This document shows, in pieces, positions 57,481 through 64,000 of a stretch of 64,000 nt of DNA; position 1 is the first letter of the stretch, and each line of letters starts with the position of its first letter. The DNA is from Thermoflexus hugenholtzii JAD2. GTDB taxonomy: Bacteria; Chloroflexota; UBA11872; UBA12225. The translations under genes were made by a program, and so were the position numbers. Where the stretch lies: contig CAMBEO010000003.1 in assembly GCA_945865725.1 (NCBI GenBank), positions 5,111 through 69,110 of the forward strand, written 5' to 3'. The notes below the pieces were generated by a model. The model worked only from the letters and a program-made list of their open reading frames with translations, did not search any database and had not been told where the DNA came from.

Positions 57481-58637
57481 TCCGCGAACGCGGCGTCCAT
57501 CTCGCGATCCATCGCGCCGGCGATCGCGTCCCACGAATGGGCGCGCAACACCGCTTCCTCGCGGTCGATCCGCGCGCGGCGCTGGTCAGGTTCCTCGACG
57601 AGTGCCCGGTCGATCGCATCGACAAACGCATCCGCATCACGCGCGATCGTCACGACCTCCCCAAAGGCGCGCACGACGTCCGTGACCGGCGTCGAGACGA
57701 TCGGACGGTGCGCGGCCATGTATTCGAGGGTCTTGGTGGGCGAGATGAATCGCGTCGCGTCGTTCAAGGCGAACGGCATCATGCAGGCGGCGAACTCCTT
57801 CAAGTAGGCGGGAAGCGTCGCGTATGCCTTCTGCCCGAGGTACGCGATGTTCGGCGCGACCGGCAAGTCCGCCCGGTCGACCTTGACCACTGGCCCGACC
57901 ATGGCCCATGTCACCCCCGGCCGGCGCGCCGCCACCTCGCGGAGGAGGTCGTAGTCGATCCGCTCGTCGATCACGCCGACGTAACCGACGCGTGGCACGG
58001 GCCAGGCCTCCAAGTCGCGTGGCACGGGCAAGGCTGGCGACAACGCCTTTCGGAAGTGGTCGACCTCGACGCCGCTCGAAAATGTCCGGACGCGTGCGTG
58101 GCGCCGTGCCTTCGCCTCACCAAGGCTCGCGCCACCAGCAAACGTGATCGCCGCCCGGCGAAGGAGCGACGCTTCACGGTCTGCCAGCCCCGCCGGCGCA
58201 AACCGGAACAGCGTCAACTCGTCCATCGCGTCGTACGCGATGCGAACGTTGCGCAACCGGTCGATGGCCGGCAGGAGCATCGGCGTGTAGAACCACGCGA
58301 CCGGATCCTCGAGGCCCTCGTCGTCAACGAGGGCCTCGACGAGGCGCGCGTACGCCGCGTCCAGGACGGGCCCGCCGCCGGGACCGGGATCCTGGCAGAC
58401 CGGACGCACGACCGTGACCCCGCTAGAGGCAGTCGCCCGGGGCGATCCGGATGGTGCGCGGTCGAACCGTAGCGCCGCGCCGTCCGGTGCCGGACCCGCC
58501 GCGTCCTCGAAGACTGGTTCCTCGATGAAGTAGACGCGCCGGTCGCGCGCAAACCTCGTCATCAACTGCTGGGGCCGTTGCCAGACGAAGTCCCAACGCA
58601 AGTGCGAGAAGCACAGGATCGGCGGACGCGGTCCCAC
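57435..58637 (-). CDS. Glycosyltransferase (GT1-like), putative galactofuranosyl transferase partner of glf
   Basis: GT-B fold-level similarity. GTG start with GGAG 7 nt upstream. The last 12 codons (…RWCFPLPPQRGRD) are encoded by the repeat cluster. Confidence 0.7.
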   Translation of the reverse strand: MGPRPPILCFSHLRWDFVWQRPQQLMTRFARDRRVYFIEEPVFEDAAGPAPDGAALRFDRAPSGSPRATASSGVTVVRPVCQDPGPGGGPVLDAAYARLVEALVDDEGLEDPVAWFYTPMLLPAIDRLRNVRIAYDAMDELTLFRFAPAGLADREASLLRRAAITFAGGASLGEAKARRHARVRTFSSGVEVDHFRKALSPALPVPRDLEAWPVPRVGYVGVIDERIDYDLLREVAARRPGVTWAMVGPVVKVDRADLPVAPNIAYLGQKAYATLPAYLKEFAACMMPFALNDATRFISPTKTLEYMAAHRPIVSTPVTDVVRAFGEVVTIARDADAFVDAIDRALVEEPDQRRARIDREEAVLRAHSWDAIAGAMDREMDAAFADVRWCFPLPPQRGRD

Positions 58638-58669
58638 GGTGCGCTCCGTTCCGCGCCGCGGTGGCGGGC

Positions 58670-58730
58670 ATCGGCCAATCCCCTCCCTCGCGAAGCGCGG
58701 GAGTTTTCAGCAGGGGGTGATGGGCGGGCA
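58670..58730 (+). repeat. Mosaic repeat, module C variant
   Basis: CCCTCCCTCGCGAAGCGCGGGAGTTTTCAGCAGGGGG. Confidence 0.8.
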
Positions 58731-58873
58731 TCGCCGACCCCCGTGGCCCCACAATATAGCGAGGCCCGCGCCGTGACTGGCACGCCGCCTGCCGTCGCCC
58801 GTGATCGCGGCGCGAACGAGGACGCCGCGCGCCGCCACCGGTGGTGCGCCCACGCACTGACGGGCCGCCCGCC

Positions 58874-59633
58874 GATGAACGAACGCGACGTGCGCGCCCT
58901 CCTCGACGGCGTCGCCCGGGGCGACATGCCCGTGGACGACGCGGTCCGGCGCTTGCGCGCCCTCGACACGGCTGACCTGGGCTTCGCGCGGGTCGACCGC
59001 CATCGCGCCCTTCGCCGGGGCTTTCCTGAGGTCATCTTTGCCCAAGGAAAGACTCCCGACCAGATCGCGTCCATCGCCCGAAGCCTGTACGACAGCGGTT
59101 CGCCCGTCCTTGCGACACGATGCGACCCGGACGGTGCCGCCGCCTTGGTCGCGGCGATCCCTGGTGCCACGTACGACCCGGTCTCGCGTTGCGCCGTCGC
59201 CGTGCCCCACCCGATCGATCCGGTCCCCGGGCGCGTCGTCGTCGCCACCGGTGGCACGACCGACATCCCGGTCGCCGAGGAGGCCGCGATCACTGCCTCC
59301 CTCACCGGCGTCGCCGTCGACCGCCTGTGGGACGTTGGCGTCGGCGGCATCCACCGCATGCTGGCGAATGTCTCGCTCTTTGATGACGCCGATGCGATCA
59401 TCGCCGTCGCAGGCATGGAGGGTGCCTTGCCGAGCGTCATCGCCGGCCTCGTCGCCTGCCCGGTGATCGCCGTCCCCACCAGCGTCGGGTACGGCGCGGC
59501 CTTCAACGGCCTCGCGCCGCTCCTCGGCATGCTCACCGCCTGCTCGCCCGGCGTGGCCGTGGTGAACATCGACAACGGCTTCGGCGCCGGCTACCTCGCC
59601 GGGACGATCGCCCGCCGCCTGGCCCGCCCCTGA
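58874..59633 (+). CDS. larB: Nickel-pincer cofactor biosynthesis protein LarB (PurE-like carboxylase/hydrolase)
   Basis: PurE-like core (…VVVATGGTTDIPVAEEAAITASLTG…AVAGMEGALPSVIAGLVACPVIAVPTSVGYGA…). Start is uncertain: ATG 58874 chosen, with GTG 58767 as the alternative. Confidence 0.65.
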
Positions 59634-59669
59634 CCGGTGGCGCGCCCCTTCCCGACGGGAGCCCAGACC

Positions 59670-61229
59670 ATGCGCGACTCGACCGACCCTGCGACGCCCG
59701 TGATGGCGTATTTCGAGTGCTTCTCCGGCGCGAGCGGCGACATGATCCTCGGGGCCCTCGTCGATGCCGGATGGCCCGTTGCGGCCATGCGCGCCACCTT
59801 CGAGGCAGTCGGTCTCGGCGGTTGGGCCCTCGATGTCGCCCCCACCAAGAAGGGCGCCCTTCGAGCGACCCGCGTCACCATCCGCGTGACCGAACCCCAA
59901 CCCGAGCGGTCCGTTCGCGAGATCGTTCCCATGATCGAGGCAAGCACCCTCGCCGCGACCGTCAAGGCGACAGCCATCGCCCTCTTCCGCGAGCTTGCCG
60001 ACGTGGAGGCACTACAGCACGCGGACGAGCCGGAGAACGTGCACTTCCACGAGGTCGGAGCCGTCGACTCGATCCTTGACATCATCGGCGCGGTCGCCGG
60101 CCTCGAAGCCCTGGGCGTCAATCGCGTTCGCGTGTCGCCGATGAACGTCGGCGGGGGCTTGGTGAACACGCGCGACGGCATCCTTCCCGTCCCCGGGCCA
60201 GCCACCATCGAGGTCCTGCGGCGACGCGGCATCCCGATCTACTCGACGGAGTACGGACCCGAGTTCCTCACCCCCACGGGCGCCCTCGTCCTCGCGTGCC
60301 TCGCCGACGACAGCGGCCCCTTCCCCGCGATGACCGTCACGCGCATCGGCTACGGCGCCGGCCAGAAGGACTTCCGGATCCCGAACGTCCTGCGGGTCTC
60401 CATCGGTCCTGCCCTCCCCGGTCCCGACCCGGTCGGACGCGTCCGCGCGGCCCTTGCCGCCATCGACCCGGTTCGCGCCAGTGCGGACCACGGCCCGCAT
60501 GAGCCTCAAGCGGTGCCTGACGTCGGGTTGGATGACCACGGGCACGACCACGGGCACGGGCACGACCACGGGCACGGGCACGGGCACGGGCACGACCACG
60601 GGCACGGGCACGACCACGGGCACGGGCACGGGCACGACGGCGAACACGGGCAGGGCGCCTCTTTAAATTGGCCGCAAGCGCCCCGCGCTGCGGCGGGAGA
60701 GGGGAGAACCGCCCCCTCTCACTTCCGAGGTGTCGCACCGGTGACGAGTTCCGTGGACGCCGAACGCCTCGGGTACCTCGAGGACGAGGTGGTCCAACTC
60801 GAGACGAACGTCGACGACATGAGCGGCGAGTGGTTCGGTTACCTCTCCGAGACCTTGATGGCCCGGGGTGCCCTCGACGTCACCATGCTCCCGGCGACGA
60901 TGAAGAAGGGGCGACCTGCGACGGTGATTTCCGTCCTCGTGCGCCCCGAACGGGCTGAAGAGGCGATCACCGCCCTGTTCCGCGAGACGACTACCTTAGG
61001 CGTGCGCGTGGGTTCAACCAGGCGACTGATGCTTCCCCGGCGGTCCGACGTGATAGAGACCGAGTACGGCACGATCCGCGTCAAGGTCGCGTTGCACGGA
61101 ACGGTCGTCCGCGGCATCGCACCCGAGTACGAGGACTGCCGGGCCGCGGCCTCCCGCGCCGACGTGCCCCTTCAAGTTGTCATGGCCGCCGCGTCCGACG
61201 AGTGGCGACGCCGGCTCCGCACGGCCTGA
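59670..61229 (+). CDS. larC: Nickel insertion protein LarC (DUF111/TIGR00299 family) with His-rich linker
   Basis: N-terminal YFECFSGASGDM motif and a His-rich tract (HGHDHGHGHDHGHGHGHGHDHGHGHDHGHGHGHD). A mosaic repeat is inserted in frame after it. The C-terminal domain is intact. ATG at 59670 has a GGGAG RBS; a GTG at 59637 is also possible. Confidence 0.8.
   Translation: MRDSTDPATPVMAYFECFSGASGDMILGALVDAGWPVAAMRATFEAVGLGGWALDVAPTKKGALRATRVTIRVTEPQPERSVREIVPMIEASTLAATVKATAIALFRELADVEALQHADEPENVHFHEVGAVDSILDIIGAVAGLEALGVNRVRVSPMNVGGGLVNTRDGILPVPGPATIEVLRRRGIPIYSTEYGPEFLTPTGALVLACLADDSGPFPAMTVTRIGYGAGQKDFRIPNVLRVSIGPALPGPDPVGRVRAALAAIDPVRASADHGPHEPQAVPDVGLDDHGHDHGHGHDHGHGHGHGHDHGHGHDHGHGHGHDGEHGQGASLNWPQAPRAAAGEGRTAPSHFRGVAPVTSSVDAERLGYLEDEVVQLETNVDDMSGEWFGYLSETLMARGALDVTMLPATMKKGRPATVISVLVRPERAEEAITALFRETTTLGVRVGSTRRLMLPRRSDVIETEYGTIRVKVALHGTVVRGIAPEYEDCRAAASRADVPLQVVMAAASDEWRRRLRTA
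60655..60725 (+). repeat. Mosaic repeat module G located inside the larC reading frame
   Basis: AATTGGCCGCAAGCGCCCCGCGCTGCGGCGGGAGAGG is identical to the copy at about 56045. Translated in frame as ...SLNWPQAPRAAAGEGRTAPSHF... Confidence 0.85.
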
Positions 61230-61243
61230 CGACACCGCCGGGC

Positions 61244-61903
61244 CTACTGTTGGGGGATGGTCCGGTGCAAGAGGCGCGCCATGAACGAGACCGGGTCAGC
61301 CGGGTTAGGGTTCCGCCTGATGAACTGCGCGACCACGGCGGACGGGTGGAGGCGTAGCAGGTCGATCACCGTGTCGCCACTCAAGTCCCCGAAGCGGTAC
61401 TGGGCTAGCACGACGGCGTGGTCGGCGTGTGCCCTCATCGCCGCGTGGCTCGCCGCCTCGTAGCGCAGGATTGCCTCGGCTTCACCCGGCCCGCCGTACC
61501 AGTGCATGTCGACCAGGATCCGGACGCGCCCGGACGTCCTCATGTCGCATGAATCAGTCAGGTGGCGCGCAACCAGCCGGTACGGGTCAAACGTGCCCTG
61601 TCCGACGGTACGTGCCGGGCCGATGTCATCGAAGCGAAGGCGCCCGGACTCGAATGCCTGGTCAGGGTCGATCCCCTCGCCATCCAGGTACTCAAGCAGT
61701 CCCGGTGCCTCCGGCACGAGTGCAACGCAGCGATCACCCGCCCGCAGCCCGTCACGCACGAAAGCGCGCGCCGTCGCTTCCGCATCGTGCGTCGTTGTCG
61801 CCAACTGGCACGCATGCGCCGCTACCTCTACGGTGGCGCGCCGCCCTCCCGCCTCCAACACGATCATCCGCCCAACCCCCACCCCGACCGCAACCCGCCG
61901 CAC
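61244..61903 (-). CDS. MEDS-domain-like protein
   Basis: …CVALVPEAPGLL…ILVDMHWYGG… resembles the MEDS (DcmR-type) sensory domain. Confidence 0.4.
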   Translation of the reverse strand: MRRVAVGVGVGRMIVLEAGGRRATVEVAAHACQLATTTHDAEATARAFVRDGLRAGDRCVALVPEAPGLLEYLDGEGIDPDQAFESGRLRFDDIGPARTVGQGTFDPYRLVARHLTDSCDMRTSGRVRILVDMHWYGGPGEAEAILRYEAASHAAMRAHADHAVVLAQYRFGDLSGDTVIDLLRLHPSAVVAQFIRRNPNPADPVSFMARLLHRTIPQQ

Positions 61904-61968
61904 GGCGGGACGTAGACTCCCTCGCCAGCGTATCGCGCCCCGAGGACGCGACGGACGAGGACGAGCCC

Positions 61969-62439
61969 ATGGCCACCCGCACCATCGAACCTGGCGGCAC
62001 CATCGCGATGCCCGCCGAAGCCTATCGCCTTACGACACCTCCCGGCACCAGCATCGACCTGGCCGGTGTCGCCCTGCAAAGCCTGGATGCGTCCGTCGCG
62101 ACGATGGACCGCAGTGCCGTCGGCCGCCTGCACGGCAAGCGAGCGACCCTGCGATTCAGCGCCGTGGCCACCGCCATCACTCGCACCCTTGAAGCCAACT
62201 GGTCGTCCTTCGGCGCCGCGATCGCTGGAAAGGTCGAAGGCAGGTTCCTGGCCGCCCAGTGGCTGATCGGAGGGGTCGTCAACGTCGACACCATCTACGC
62301 CGTGGTCGTCGTCTCACCGCGCGTCACGGGCAACATCCGCGCGGTCATGGGGTTTCGCGGCGCCCTTGGCCTTGGCCTCGGCCTCGGGATCTCGTCAGTC
62401 GTCGCCCGGTGGGTGCGCGACCGCACCCGCCGGGCATGA
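61969..62439 (+). CDS. Hypothetical protein
   Basis: 156-aa ORF from an internal ATG; the upstream part of the long ORF is Pro/Arg-rich junk. Gly-Leu repeat tail. Confidence 0.35.
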   Translation: MATRTIEPGGTIAMPAEAYRLTTPPGTSIDLAGVALQSLDASVATMDRSAVGRLHGKRATLRFSAVATAITRTLEANWSSFGAAIAGKVEGRFLAAQWLIGGVVNVDTIYAVVVVSPRVTGNIRAVMGFRGALGLGLGLGISSVVARWVRDRTRRA

Positions 62440-62459
62440 CCACCGCCGCCTGCGGTCCC

Positions 62460-63572
<1,113 letters not shown>

Positions 63573-63926
63573 GCCGTGTCCTCACGCTAAGTGGACCGTG
63601 CCGGATGGGACGCGCCGCCAAGGGGCGACACGCCGCGCACGCGGCTGGTCTGGATGACGATCATGCCGTCCGGCAGCGCCTGAACCTTTCGGCCATCGGC
63701 CGCGCGCCACCGGCGTGTCTCGTTGCGCCTGCCTGACGCCTGGCCTCGGTAGCGGGGCCGTGGAGTCTCGACAAGGCGAGCGCCGGGCGGCGCGCTTGGC
63801 TCCTGCGTGGCCACTCCCTTGCCCGGGACAGGCAACCCCACTCTGGTCCCGGCGGCGCCCGAGTGTAGCATCGCCCTCGAAGCCGCGGGACGTCGACCGG
63901 CGTGCCGTTGCCCGGAGGTATCCCCG

Positions 63927-64000
63927 GTGTTGATGAGTTGCTCGATCGCGATCGCCGCGGGCCTGAACCCGTACGTCACGACCCTTTTCGTCGCCGCCCT
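63927..64000 (+). CDS. Hypothetical membrane protein, 5' fragment (continues past the window end)
   Basis: GTG with GGAGGT 7 nt upstream. The hydrophobic N-terminus runs off the window. Confidence 0.3.
   Translation, partial: MLMSCSIAIAAGLNPYVTTLFVAA

Noticed and set aside
60520-60650. (CACGGG/CACGAC)n microsatellite-like tract, possibly slippage-prone or an assembly artefact
   Set aside because: It encodes the His-rich metal-binding linker expected in LarC (HGHDHGHGH...), so it is most likely genuine coding sequence. Length variability cannot be excluded.
63587-63979. 130-aa ORF upstream of the MalK-like gene (minus strand)
   Set aside because: Low-complexity Arg/Ala/Gly-rich translation with no start context. 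The region more plausibly holds promoter sequence and the 5' end of a plus-strand membrane protein gene starting at 63927.

Overview
High-GC (about 70%) bacterial chromosomal window, mostly housekeeping genes with a sugar-uptake locus in the first 15 kb and several leaderless-looking starts (TANNNT 6-8 nt before ATG). Reading frame and domain calls rest on motifs visible in the translations; no database search was run. Main blocks: (1) a partial radical-SAM gene, tRNA-Lys(CTT) with a terminator, and a minus-strand CUT1-type ABC locus holding two permease pairs, a secreted glycoside-hydrolase-like protein, a Yip1-family membrane protein, an NHL-repeat propeller protein and a giant 1064-aa solute-binding protein with tandem beta-sandwich repeats; (2) dcd, a family-5 solute-binding lipoprotein, rph, murD, a LysM protein, a 3-hydroxyisobutyrate-dehydrogenase-family oxidoreductase and recF; (3) an FtsH-like AAA protease carrying two tandem M41 (HEAGH) domains; (4) rsmG, lepB and pdhC-pdhB-pdhA; (5) NUDIX, MgtC, PHP, xylose-isomerase-like TIM barrels, rhamnose mutarotase and a glutaredoxin-like gene; (6) a peptidase cluster (S41, beta-lactamase-like, M42-like, secreted HExxH); (7) folD, a yggX-like gene and rpsP-KH-rimM-trmD-rplS-rnhB-yraN; (8) fhaA and fhaB next to a fused SEDS(RodA/FtsW)-class-B-PBP gene; (9) glf plus a GT1 glycosyltransferase, larB-larC with no larA/larE, a MEDS-domain protein and a MalK-like ATPase. 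The most unusual feature is a family of GC-rich hairpin-forming mosaic repeats built from about 7 reusable modules, present at 14 or more loci; one copy sits in frame inside larC, one supplies the C-terminal tail of a glycosyltransferase, and others distort ORF predictions. No CRISPR array, rRNA or obvious mobile element was seen.
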